A stretch of 64,000 nt of DNA from Mustelus asterias. Lineage: Eukaryota. The stretch's first letter is position 1; the number at the start of each line of letters is the position of its first letter. Positions 43,916-62,023 of this stretch are shown one piece after another. The stretch spans positions 4,774,001 through 4,838,000 of the forward strand of contig NC_135821.1 in assembly GCF_964213995.1 (NCBI RefSeq), given 5' to 3'. A program made the translations under genes and the position numbers. The notes beneath the pieces were generated by a model. It ran no database searches, was not told the origin of the DNA, and was given only the letters and a program-made list of their open reading frames with translations.

Positions 43916-46597
43916 ACTGATTGTGGGGGATGAGCTTTGTGTTCAAGTTTGTATAATTGAGATCTCTGGACCTGTGGTTTTAGAGCGATTGAGCCAGAGG
44001 TGCATTATGGGAATGAACAAACTAAATAAACATTTCATAATGGAGTGAAGCTTGGTTTTAATTATTTGCAGTCACCAATGGACCAGCTACGTTGACAGTC
44101 TAACTCCAAGATACCCTTTTTTTTTTGGAAGGCACCAGATAAATGCTTAATCGTTTGCATCATTTGAACACCAGTGCTAGATTCTCTCCTTGGGAGGAAT
44201 TGTCAGATCTGAGCCTTGCTGGCTGAATCCAGATTTGTTGATGTCCATTGTGTCTCTGCCTTTTGCACCAATGGCAGCTCAAATCATTCAGACCAGTAGC
44301 TGCTGTCAAATGAGTTGTTTTAAATCTTTGTCTGGGTGGATAGTTTCCACAGAATTATTAGTGAAATGCTTTGGAACTGAACCTGCCCACTTGTTGCCCT
44401 GCTAAGCCTTTTCAGTATAGTACTAGATAACAGCAATGGGGTCTGGGAGGTCTCTGCCTTCCTCATACTGAAGGGAAGTACAACTGGGCTTTGGTCAATA
44501 TTGCCTGAAATGTTAGACTTGCCTCAAGGGAGGGCAATATGGGGATTCCTGGAGTAAAAGTCTTCAAACTGTAGTTGATTGAATAGAGTCAATAAATATC
44601 ACAAACCTGTGACTTAAACTCCACACCATCATTTAATCTCATTGTGCATTCATACCAAATAAGAATCATCAATTGCTTTCTCCCAAGCCTAAAAATGACA
44701 GCATTCATTTTCAACTCAGTTGAGAATGTCAATAAGGGCAATGACATCAGATGTGGAGGATTATTTTTAACCAGTGATTTATGATTAGGAATGCGCTGTC
44801 TGAAAGGATGGTGGAAATACATTCAATAATAAATTGACTGACGTGGGAAATGGACACAGTGGTTATCACTGCTGCCTCACAACACCAAGGTCCCAGGTTC
44901 AATTCCAGCCTTGGGTTACTGTCTGTGGGGAATTTGCATGTTCTCGTGTTTGCGTGGGTTTCCTCCCACAGTCCAAAGATGTGTGGATTGGGCATGCTAA
45001 ATTAATCCTAGTGTCAGGGGATGAGCAGGGTAAATGGATGGGGTTATGGGAATAGGGCTGGGGTGGGATTGTGGTCGGTACAGACCTGATGGGCTGAATG
45101 GCCTCCTTCTGTACTGTAGGGATTATATGGATATAAATGTGTTGCTATGATCCAATCAGCTTTTCTTGTCACACGGGGAGGCTGAATCAAGGGGAATGAA
45201 TGACCTCATATGGTCTTCACTTGAAATTGCCAAGTTTTGGGTTTGACCTATCGATATAATAGAGCATCGACCATCTTGTCCTACATTTTAGGGCAGGTTA
45301 TCACTCGTTCAACCACTGCCCCTATCGCCAAAGGATCTACTTTAATGTCTGCAATGAGGAAATATAGGTGTCCAAAGGACAGGCTCTTGATGATCCATGC
45401 TTCAGATAAAATCTTTCCTCGACTCTCATAACAGACTTGAGATTTGGAGAAGGGGAAATATTGGACCCACAGCCCATAAATTTGCTTGGGGGGAGTTTAC
45501 CTCATTGAGGCCTGTCTGCTTACGCCGACGACGTGCTCCTCATGTTCACGGACCCGGCTGACCTGCGGAGGATGCGAGAATGCCAGGCGGTGTACTCCGC
45601 CGCGTCCTCCGCCAGGATCAACTGGGCCAAGTGCTCCGGACTCCTGGTCGGTCCGTGGGAGACGGACCCCCTTCCGGAGGAGCTCAGGCCTTTCACCTGG
45701 AGCAGGACCAACCTCCTCTACCTGGGGGTCCATCTCTGCCCAGCCGAGGAATCCTGGCCGGCGAACTGGCGGGAGTTGGAGCCCAAAGTCTCCGCCCGCC
45801 TGGGTCGCTGGACAGGACTGCTCCGAGTGCTGTCCTACAGGGCGCGCGTTCTCGTCATAAACCAGCTGGTCGCCTCCATGCTGTGGTACCGGCTGGTCAC
45901 TTTGGCCCCTCCCCCTGGCTTTGTCACCGATATGCAGAAAGCCCTCGTGCGGTTTTTCTGGGACAACCGACTGCACTGGGTCGCTGCCGAGGTGCTGCAT
46001 CTCCCGATTGAGGAGGGCGGACAAGGTCTGGTGTGCCTCCGCACGCAGGTGGCGACCTTCCGCCTCCAGACACTGCAGCGATACCTTTACGTCGAGCCTC
46101 CTCCACGATGGCGTGCGATGGCGACGTATTTTTTCCGCCAGTTGCATGGCCTCAATTACGACGTGCAGCTCCTGCACATCAACCTGGGGCGTATTCCGAC
46201 CTCCCTGCGGGAGTTGCCCGTCTTTTACCAGGACCTCCTCACGGTCTGGAACACTGTCGCCTCGCGACGCAGCTCTCCCCCGTCAGGAGTAGCGGCTCTC
46301 GTGCGAGAGCCGCTGCTCAGGAATCCGCACCTCCAGCCTTACGACTTCAGGTGGCTGGCGGAGAGGAGGGCCGTGGACGCCGGGGTGACCAGGATCGGGG
46401 ACGTGCTGGATGGCGGAGGAGCGGGCTGGATGAGCCCCGACGTGCTGGCTGAGCGCGCAGGGGTGGCCGTCTGGCGCGCGGCCAAAGCCATCCAAGACCT
46501 TAGGACAGTCGTGCTCGGCCCCGAGTGCACACGCGGTCTGGAGGCGGCACAGGCGTGCGGTGGGATCCCGCCCGAGCGTTCCCCTGCTCGGACGGAA

Positions 46598-47114
46598 TTA
46601 GTTTAACAACACCAGGTTAAAGTCCAACAGGTTTATTTGGTAGCAAAAGCCACACAAGCTTTCGGAGCTCTTAGCCCCTTCTTCAGGTGAGTGGGAATTC
46701 TGTTCACAAACAGAGCTTATAAAGACACAGACTCAAATTACATGAATAATGGTTGGAATGCGAATACTTACAACTAATCAAGTCTTTAAGAAACGAAACA
46801 ATGTGAGTGGAGAGAGCATCAAGACAGGCCAAAAAGATGTGTATTGTCTCCAGACAAGACAGCCAGTGAAACTCTGCAGGTCCACGCAACTGTGGGAGTT
46901 ACAAATAGTGTGACATGAACCCAATATCCCGGTTGAGGCTGTCCTCGTGTGTGCGGAGCTTGGCAATCAGTTTCTGCTCAGCGACTCTGCGTTGTTGTGT
47001 GTCGCGAAGGCCGCCTTGGAGAACGCTTACCCGAATATCAGAGGCCGAATGCCCGTGACCGCTGAAGTGCTTCCCAACAGGAAGAGAACAGTCTTGCCTG
47101 GTGATTGTCGAGGC
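46598..47114 (-). mobile_element. Penelope 3' fragment nested inside the Tx1 ORF2
   Basis: Near-identical to about 35065-35560; 7-bp direct repeat GACGGAA (46591-46597, 47115-47121). Confidence 0.9.
46653..46689 (-). ncRNA. Minimal type I hammerhead ribozyme motif in the Penelope terminus
   Basis: Minus strand CAC-CTGAAGA-AGGGGCTAAGAGCTCC-GAAA-GCTT-GTG; helix II GGGGC/GCTCC. Confidence 0.7.
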
Positions 47115-48609
47115 GACGGAAGTCCACATTGGCCCGAAGCCTAGACCTCCCCCCCCCAGGTCAGGTGCCCCACTGCGTGTGCCGCCTCGCGGAAATGCCC
47201 TCCATGCCCTTTTCCACCGCGCGGAGGCGTTTCCTGTACGGGCTGCTGCTGCACACCTTTCACTACCGCGTCCTCGCCCGTCGCCCGGATACACCATGGC
47301 GGGCCTTGTTGCCGCTGGGCGGCGGAGGTCCCCAGTGGAGGTCCCTCTACGGAGGGATCTCCCCCAATTATCTCGGGGACCTGGGGTGGAGGGTGCTGCA
47401 CGCAGCAGTGCCGTACAACCGTAGGTTTTTCCGGTACACGGGCTCCCGAGACTGCCCTTTCTGTGGCCTTGTGGAGTCCGTGGACCATGTCTACGTTCTG
47501 TGTTTTAGGCTGCACACCCTTTTTGGTTTCCTCAAACACCTTTTACTGATGTTTTGTTTGCACTTCAGTCCCACGCTCCTGATCTACGGGCACCTGGTGC
47601 GGAGAGGGGCGGGTCGGGATGCCGACCTCCTCGTGAACCTGCTCCTGGGCCTGGCGAGACGCGCCATCAATAGGTCCAGGCAGCGGGCGATCGACGGGGC
47701 CGTCCATCCCGACTGTCTGCCCCTCTGCCGCGGCTACATTCGCGGCCAGGTGTCTCTGGAGAGGGAGCATGCGGTGTCCACGGGCGCGGTTGACGCCTTC
47801 CGCGACCGCTGGGCGCCGCAGGGGCTGGGGTGTATTATCGACCCCGATAATCACCTTTTGGTTTGACGTTTTAAGTTTCCTTTCGACTTTGATTTTGGTT
47901 CGGGCTGTTCCCCCCTTCCTTTTGGGGAGCTGCCCCTTTTACTTTGTCCCTAAGTTCATTTGAGTTTGTTTACTTGATTGGTGTCGAAAGAAATACTTGA
48001 TTGGTGTGAAAAGAAATACCTCATTGGAACATTAGTGCTCAGTTCCACTGATTCACTTTCATTTCTCCCCCAACTTGTTCAGGTTTTTTTTATTCATTCA
48101 TGGGACATGGGCGTCGCTGGCTACGCCAGCATTTATTGCCCATCCCTAGTTCCCCTTGAGAAGGTGGTGGTGAGCTGCCTTCTTGAATCGCTGCACTCCA
48201 TGTGCTGTGAGTTGACCCACAATGCCATTAGGGAGGGAATTCCAGGATTTTGACCCAGCGACTGCGAAGGAACGGTCGATATATTTCCAACTCAGGATGA
48301 TGAGTGGCTTGGAGATTTGGTTTGTAGATTCCCTGCGGATTATCTAGTGCAGGTTTGGTGCCTTCAACTGCTGTGGTCAGTGTCACAGATAGTTCTGGAT
48401 GTGACAAAAGATGCATCAATTCTCCAAGAGATGGGGCAACATCGACACAGTTGTGTTCAACACCATCCACACGGCTCAATTTCCATTTGCAAACTCATTA
48501 AACTGATATTATTGAGGCTAGAATTTGGAGAATAGATGCCATCCGCTTGAGGAAAGTCAAAGAAAGCAACGTTAATTGTAGCAACAACAAGGTTCCATTA
48601 AAAAATAGG

Positions 48610-51600
48610 GATTTTGGCATAAATGTGAGGATAGGATCCTTCCTCCAGGAGTAATTCCACTGACAAATTAATGATCTTATATCATAAAACAAACTTTATT
48701 TAATAACACAGTTTGAATACAACTCTAACAAATGAAGCAGTTTAACCATTAATAATATTTAAAAATGAAAAGAAACAACTTTAATTTCTAACTTATCACT
48801 GTTCTTGTTCCAAATAAGCAACATTCGTCTTACAAACTTAAATGCCACTTTAAATACAGTTAGCAACCATATAAATACTTGCTGTAATGAGTGCAGACAG
48901 TCTTGAAGCTTTCAGAGAGAAAACTGAGTTTCAGATCAACTTGCAGAAGCCTCTGTCTTCAAACAATTCCCAGCTAGAACTACAACTCTAAACTGCAAAA
49001 ATGTCTTCCCTCTGCCAGAGACCCAGCTCTGCCCAAGAACTACTTCATCACATGATCCTGTCAATCAACTTCCCAAAGAAACTTCTGTGTAAACTAAAGT
49101 CCATTGGCTCTATCAAAGTAACAAATTCCCATGTGGGAGGAGTAATTATCCTGCTTTTACAACATCTGAGCTAAATGTTTTTCCAAACACAGAATATGTA
49201 GAATAAAGCTGAATTTTAAACATTTCTCTATATATGTATATGATTCGCTTATGGGATGTGGGCGTCACTGGCTCGGCCAGCATTAATTGCCCAATCCCTG
49301 AGGCCATTTTAAGAGTCAACCACATTGCGGTGCCTCTGGACTCACATGAAGGACAGATTGGGTAAGAAAGGCAGATTTCCTTCCCTCAGGGACATTCGTG
49401 AACCAGATGGGTTTTATGACAATCAACAATGATTTCATGGTCATCGGTAGATTCCTAATTCCAGATACTCATATCAATTGCACTACTATGATGACATGGT
49501 GAATTGATCTGATTGGGCAGATATCACTGGACTGGAAGACATGGGGTTTACATGGGGTGAGGCCCAAGCCACAGCCCAAGACAGGGCCTGATGGAGGAAC
49601 ATTGTTGCTGCCTTATGTCCCATCTAGGTCTAGGAGGATAACTAGAGGATGGATGGAGAGAAACTATATCCTCTTGTGGGATAGTCCGAGAGAGGTGCAG
49701 CAGAGTCTTCAGACGGGAGCTGGACTGTTCAGGGAGGTTGTTAAGAAGCGCTGCTTCACACTGAAGATGGAAATCGGGAAGTCTCACCCTGAAAATGTTG
49801 AGAGTTATTAAAACTTTTCCAAACTGAGCTAGCGAGCTATTTGTTATCTCAGGTTATGAAGGGATGTGGAATCAAGGCTGCATCAAGACATAAAACTGTT
49901 TTTAAAGCTTATTAGTGTCACAAGTGGACTTGCAGTCAAAGCAACAAAGTTACTGTGCAAATCCCTGAGTTGCCACATTCTGGCACCTGTTCAGGCACAC
50001 TGAGGGAGAATTCAGCACAGCCAATGCATCTAACCCGTGCATCTTTCGGACTGTGGGAGGAAAGCAGAGCACCTGGAGGAAACACATGGAAACGCCACAC
50101 AAACAATGACCCCCAGCTGGGAATCAAACCCAGGTCCCTGGCACAGCACGGCAGCAGTGCTAACCACTGTGCCACCCTATTTGCATTTAATCTTGTACAT
50201 TCAGTCACAATTGTCATTCCCAAATCCTACTGGATTTCCATTGCTTTGTCCAAGGCAGGAAAGGATTGGAGCTTTGTTGCCACAGCGGCATTCACCAGGA
50301 AATTTTAGAATCTTATTTGGGAATGTCAATGAAATGAGTCTTCAGTTATAGAATCCCAGTCATGTTAATGTCTTTGTACATCAAGTTTCCAGAAAGGGGA
50401 ATGGATTATTCCTCTCTGTGAGCTCATCATCCCTACTTCACTCCAGGTTGTGATATGGAATTCCAAGCACGTGGAAAGAATCTCCCAATAGTTCCCTCTG
50501 AACCAGTAACCATAGGCCTTTGTCAAAGTGTCTGCTGTCCAGCTGGGTGGCCATGGAGTGTCCATGTGCTTGGACAAAGCCCTTTGTGACCACAAGACAT
50601 TCACCGCATCCTGGAACTGTGCCCATTGGTGGCATCTCTCCCAAGAGGCTTGGGACTGTGGGGTGATATGAATCACTCCCTCCACCATCTGCCCAGTCGA
50701 AACAAGAGTTAACTTGCTGCTTTTCAACCTACGCTAGAATGTTCTCTGGGTCTTGCTGTATATGGGTGAGGAGTGCAACACCAAGAGTTCAGTACAAGGA
50801 AGAGCGAGATCATCCACTTTGGAGCAGGGAACACCAATCAAAGTGTTTGCTGAACAATGTGGGGAACAGTGACGGAGCAGAGGGAATTATGGGTCCATGT
50901 CAGAAATGACAAAAACTATTGCACAGACACACTAATGAATTGAAAAGACAAATAGAATTTTAATCTTCACCCCAATCAGCTGGAGTGTATAAAGTATGGG
51001 TTTGAGCACATGTTAAGCACGGCATTTAGTTCTGATATATTGGCTTTGAAGTGAGGACTTCACCAGAATGATACTCGGGTTAAGGGGGTTAAATGATGAG
51101 GCAGTTTGCACAGAACAGCCGTGCATTCTCTCAAGTACAGAAGAATAAGCGATGACTATAATTGATGTGTTTGAGATGATTGTTAGGGTTCTGGATCAGA
51201 ACCTCAAGCTACCTTCAGACTCCTGACTAGATCCCAACAATGTTTCTATTTTGGTATAAATGTGAGGATAGGATGCTTTATTTAATAACAGAATTTAAAT
51301 ATAACTCTAACAAATGAAGCAGTTTAACCATTAATAATATTTAAAAATGAAAGGATGCATCGTTAGTTTTTAGCTTATCACTGTTTCCGTTCCAAATAAG
51401 CAACATTCCTCTTTCAGACTTAAATGCCACTTTAAATAGTTAGCAACCATACATATACTTGCTATAATAAGTGCTAACATTCCTGAAGCATTCAGAGAGA
51501 AAACTGAGTTTCAGATCAGCTTGCAGAAGCCTTTGTCTTCAAACAATTCCCAGCTAGAAATGAAAATTTAAACTGCAAAATCTTCTTCTCCCGAATGCAG

Positions 51601-52727
51601 ACCCAACTCTGCCCATTAACCACATCATCACATGACCCTGTCAATTAACTTCCCAAAGAATTTTCTGTGTAAACTAAAGTCTTTTGCCTCTCTCAAAATA
51701 AGAAATTCCTATGTGAAAGGAGTAATCGTCCTGCTTTTACAACATCTGAGCTAAATGTTTTCCAGACACACTGACTGCCTGCAGGATAAAGATGAATTTT
51801 AAACATTCCCCTTAAACATAAATATAACATAGAATCCCTGCAGTGCAGAAGGAGGTCATTCAGCCCATCAAGGCTGCATCAACCACAATCCCACCCAGGC
51901 CCTATTCCCGCAACCCCACATATTTACCCTGCTAATCCCCCGACACGAGGGTAATTTTAGTGTGGTCAATCAGCATAACCTGCACATCTTTGGACTGTGG
52001 GAGGAAACTGGAGCACCCGGAGGAAACCCACACAGAGGCTGGGAGAACGTGCAGACTCCACACAGACAGTGAATATATATTTATATATATCAATTGCGCT
52101 GATGGGGTGACATGATTAATAGATTTTATGGGGTAGATTTAACTAAACTGGAAGACATGGGGCTTACTTAGAATCATTGAATCCCGACAGTGCAGAAAGA
52201 GGCCATTTGGCCCATTGAGTCTGCACCAACAACAGCCCAATTCAAGCCCTATCCCCATGACCCCGTGCATTTACCCTGCTAATCCCCCTGACACTAATAG
52301 TCAGTTTAACCTGGCCAATCCAACTAACCTGCACATGGTTGGACTGTGAGGAAACCAGAGCACTCGGAGAAAACCCATGCAGACACGGGGAAAATGTGGA
52401 GACTCCACATACATGGGGTGAGGCCCAAGCCAGAGCCTGATGGAGGAACATTGTTGCAGACTTCTGTCCCACCGGGGTCTAGGAGGATAACTAGAGGGTA
52501 GATGGAGAGAAACAATTTCCTGGTGTGGGATAGTCCGGGACAGGGGCAGCAGAGTCTTCAGGCTGGAGCGGGACTGTTCAGGGAGGTTGTTAAGAAGCGC
52601 TGCTTCACACTGAAGATGGAAATCGGGAAGTCTCACCACGAAAATGTTGAGAATTATTGAAACTTTTCCAAACTGAGCTAGCGAGCTATTTGTTAGCTCA
52701 GGTTATGAAGGGATGTGGAATCAAGGC
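48610..52727. repeat. Diverged direct duplication of a roughly 1.3-kb block (about 48610-49880 and 51250-52727)
   Basis: Shared TTTTGG(C/T)ATAAATGTGAGGATAGGAT ... GAAGGGATGTGGAATCAAGG, with different SINEs inserted in each copy. Confidence 0.8.
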
Positions 52728-52864
52728 AGATTCATAGAGTGAAACTCATGATCAGCCATGATCAAATTCAATGGTGGAACAGGATGGAGGGGCTGAATGG
52801 CCTCCTCCACTTCCAATTTTCCAATCCCAGAAAAAACACCTGAACCTGTCTGTATCCCACAGAA

Positions 52865-53012
52865 TTGATTGGCTCTGGGTAACACACCCCACTCCCTCTT
52901 TCATTGGTGCCTGGGATTCACAACAGAGTCCTGATTGGTTGTCAGGGATTGTCAATCATCATTGGTGATGTCATTCCCAGTTTGAATGCAGGATGTCCCA
53001 GTGGTATAAATA
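52865..53012 (+). promoter_or_regulatory. Ferritin G promoter (uninterrupted)
   Basis: Multiple ATTGG boxes, TGATGTCA, TATAAATA at 53005-53012. Confidence 0.8.
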
Positions 53013-53031
53013 CAAGAGCTTGTGAGGGTAG

Positions 53032-55647
<2,616 letters not shown>

Positions 55648-56857
55648 CTGGATGGAGAATGAAGTTTGATCCAATTTTGACTATTGTGTACTCACAATCC
55701 TGTTCTGAGCTGTTGCTGTATTTGGAAATTAAAATATTTTTGGTCTGATTTTTCTTGTCCTTTACTGGCATTCAAAGTGAAAAGATTTCCAACTTGATTC
55801 ACTCTCCTCTTGTGGTTTTCAGCATGCAAAGGATTTCTGTAACTAATCTGCTCACTCTCTCTGCAAAGGAGAGTCCTACTATTGTGGAATAATCAGGAAG
55901 GGAGCATGCAGTTGGTCACAAGTATTCATCTTCACTGCTATTCCCCAGAATACAGGACTTTAACCAGGTTTGCTTTGTTAACTCCATTTGTCAATCTAGC
56001 TGACTAGAAAGCAACCATCAGGGTTCAAAAGCAAGAGGTGCAGGTTGGGTGGAATGGCCATGTTAAATATGTGGGGATTATGGGGAGAGGGCCTTGAGAG
56101 ACTGTCAGCATTGGTGCAAACACAGTGGCTGGAATGCCCTTGTACTGAATTGTGGAGTCTGGGTTATACAGGGTGGGTGTCTCCGTGCTGACCTGGGACA
56201 GAAACAATGAATCCTGCGTTGCTTTACAGATGGCGTGGTGGAACATTCCAGAATACTGCAGTGTGTAGAGCAACAGTGGAGCAGGATGTAGTCACTTCTA
56301 GCTGTGGACTGTGAAAAACCACTGGCTTCCTCAGAAGCAGTCACTCTATCTCTCCTCAAAGCAGAAGGAAAATCCACTTTTAAAACAGTTCCAGAGTCCT
56401 GCATTGATCCTTTAAGAAACAATGACTGTTCTTAGTCCTTGAAGATGAATCATTTTCTGTGATCAAGATTTTCCCGCCAGCCATTTGTACCCAGTCTGGC
56501 TGACATGTGACTCCAGACCCCACAGCAGTGTGACTGACTCTAAACAACCCTCGGAAATGGCCCAGCGAGCCATGGCCAACAAATACTGGCCTTGCGAGAA
56601 ACAGACACATCCCACCAAAGAATGCGTTTAAATAAAAGATAGACTCAAAGTTTTCCAATAAAGGAGAAAAATGCTGGTGTTTCCAGCTCTGAGATTTGTG
56701 GATTAAACTCCACATCACACTTCACACTGACTGAGCAATAGCGTTCTGTCTGATACTCATCACAAATCCATTTTACATTTCCCCCAACTTGTCAGTTGGT
56801 TTGTAGATTCCCTGTGGTTTTGTCTGGTGCTGGTCAGCCTCTTCCAATCTACCTCCA

Positions 56858-57206
56858 AGGGGAGGTGATGGCCTAGTGGTATTATCGCTAGACTATTAAT
56901 CCAGAAACTCCGCTAATGTTCTGGGGACCCGGGTTCGAATCCCACCACAACAGATGGTGGAATTTGAATTCAATAAAAAAAATCTGGAATTAAGAATCTA
57001 CTGATGACCATGAAACCATTGTCAATTGTCAGAAAAACCCATCTGTTTCACTAATGTCCCATTAGGGAAGGAAATCTGCTGTCCTTACCTGGTCTGGCCT
57101 ACATGTGATTCCAGAGACACAGCAACATGGTTGACTCTCAACTAGGAAGGGCAATAAATGCTGGCCAGCCAGCGACACCCATGTGCCACAAATGAATGAA
57201 AAAAAC
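56858..57206 (+). mobile_element. SacSINE1-like DeuSINE, near full length
   Basis: GGGGAGGTGATGGCCTAGTGG (A box), GGTTCGAATCCC (B box), Deu-type core, AATGAATGAAAAAAA tail. Confidence 0.8.
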
Positions 57207-57708
57207 CCATAATATTGTGGTCAACACTGCAACTGTAAAGAAATTACTAAAAAGTTGTGGACTAAAAAGACTTTGGAACTCTCTTCCTAAAAAGATGGTG
57301 GAAGCAGAGTCATTGAATATTTTTAAGGCAGTGGTGGATAGATTCTTGGTAGATTCTTTTTAAGTGAGGGTGTGATCAGTTATCAGTTATCAACGGGATG
57401 CAGATTTGAGGTTACGAAGAGGTCAACCATGATCTTATCAAATGATGGAGCAGGCTCGAGGGGCTGAATGGCCTTCACCTGCTCCTTGTCCGTCTGTTTA
57501 TATGGCAGCTACAAAAGCAAACTTAAAAAGGCTGATAGAATTTTATTCTTCATCTCAAGCGAGTTGGAAGAGAGATTCTGAAACAGCTGCATAAAAAGCA
57601 GCTTAGCCCACATCTGCAACATTGTGATCAGTTTGGATAAATTCACTTTGGAGAGAATGCAGAACAGATTCACCAGTGAACAAGTTCGGGATGATTAATT
57701 GCACTTTA

Positions 57709-58047
57709 GGCGGCACGGTAGCACAGTGGTTAGCACTGCTGCTTCACAGCTCCAGGGACCTGGGTTCGATTCCCGGCTTGGGTCACTGTCTGTGCGGAGT
57801 TTGCACATTCTCCTCGTGTCTGCGTGGGTTTCCTCCGGGTGCTCCGGTTTCCTCCCACAGTCCAAAGATGTGCGGGTTAGGTTGATTGGCTATGCTTAAA
57901 AATTGCCCCTTAGTGTCCCGGGATGCGTGGATTAGTGGGTAAATATGTAGGGATATGGGGGTAGGGCCTGGGTGGGATTGTGATCGGTGCAGACTCGATG
58001 GGCCGAATGGCCTCCTTCTGCACTGTAGGGATTCTATGATTCTATGA
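57709..58047 (+). mobile_element. Full-length HE1-like V-SINE
   Basis: GGCGGCACGGTAGCACAGTGGTTAGC...GGTTCGATTCC...GGGCCGAATGGCCTCCTTCTGCACTGTAGGGATTCTATGATTCTATGA. Confidence 0.88.
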
Positions 58048-58051
58048 AATC

Positions 58052-58722
58052 AATCTTTTTGACAAACCAAATAAACTAACTCAAACGAACTCAGGATAAA
58101 TTAAAAGGGGCAGCTCCCAAAAAGGAGGGGAACCGCCCAAAACAAAAGACAAAGTGGAAAGGAAACTTAAATCATCAAATCAAAATGTGATTAAAGGGGT
58201 CAATAATGCGCCCCAGCCCCTGCGCTGCCCAGCGGGCATGGAAGGTGTTGACAGTGCCCCCGGGCACCGCATGCTCCCTCTCCAGTCATACCCAGCCGTG
58301 AATATAGCCAGGGTAGATGGGCAGACAGTCGGGTTGGACGTCCACCTCGGTCACTCGCTGCCTGGACCCTGTAGGTGGCAAGCTTTACCAGATCCAGGAG
58401 CAGGTTCACGAGGAGGTCCTCCTCCTTCCCCACTCCCCTCCGCACCGGGTGTCCGTAGATCAGGAGCGTGGGGCTGAAGAGCAAACAAAACATCAACAGA
58501 AGGTTTGTGAGGAAACTAAAAAGGGAGTGCAGCCTATCACATTGAACGTAGACATGGTCCACGGACTCCACAAGGTTGCAAAAAGGGAAGGTTGCTTGGG
58601 AGTCTGGGAACCAATTTAACCTTCTGTTGTGCAGGACTGCTGTATGCACCACCCTCCACCACAGGTCCCCAAGATAGTGGGGGAGGATCCCTCCGCAGAG
58701 GGACCAGAACGATACCAGCACT
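58052..58722 (-). mobile_element. Tx1 3' fragment immediately upstream of the ferritin H promoter
   Basis: ORF 58200-58760 YLGDLWWRVVH...FPFCNLVESVDHVYVQC.RL...FSPTLLIYGH. Confidence 0.87.
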
Positions 58723-58799
58723 AAAAGGATCAAATGATGTGGGCAGTTTGAATGTCCCAATCACTGAATAATCATCCTCACCCTCTTGCCTTCCACAGC

Positions 58800-58942
58800 T
58801 CTGATTGGCTCTGGGTATCACACCCCACCCCCTCTCATTGATTCATTGGTGCCTGGATTCCTGATTGGCTGTCAGGGGCTGTCAATCATCATTGGTGATG
58901 TCATTCCCAGTTTGAATGCAGGATGTCCCAGTGGTATAAATA
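58800..58942 (+). promoter_or_regulatory. Ferritin H promoter
   Basis: ATTGG boxes, TGATGTCA, TATAAATA at 58935-58942. Confidence 0.8.
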
Positions 58943-58955
58943 CAAGAGCTTGTGA

Positions 58956-62023
<3,068 letters not shown>

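Larger units (their letters stand above)
45508..48016 (+). mobile_element. 5'-truncated Tx1-clade non-LTR retrotransposon (RT C-half, CCHC zinc finger, 3' UTR, CCAAT-repeat tail)
   Basis: Starts LSAYADDVLL (YADD at 45521-45532), ARINWAKCS, YLGVHL, LSYRARVLVINQL, LPIEEGGQGL; CPFC...ESVDHVYVLC; GC-rich with long open frames; 10-bp target duplication TACCTCATTG (45498-45507, 48017-48026); frameshift in the C run near 47150. Confidence 0.92.

Noticed and set aside
45497-46530. Many overlapping ORFs on both strands
   Set aside because: By-product of the GC-rich Tx1 coding sequence; only the YADD-containing frame is meaningful.
57709-57780. tRNA genes suggested by A/B boxes
   Set aside because: All are SINE heads continuing into V or Deu domains, with no complete cloverleaf or terminator.
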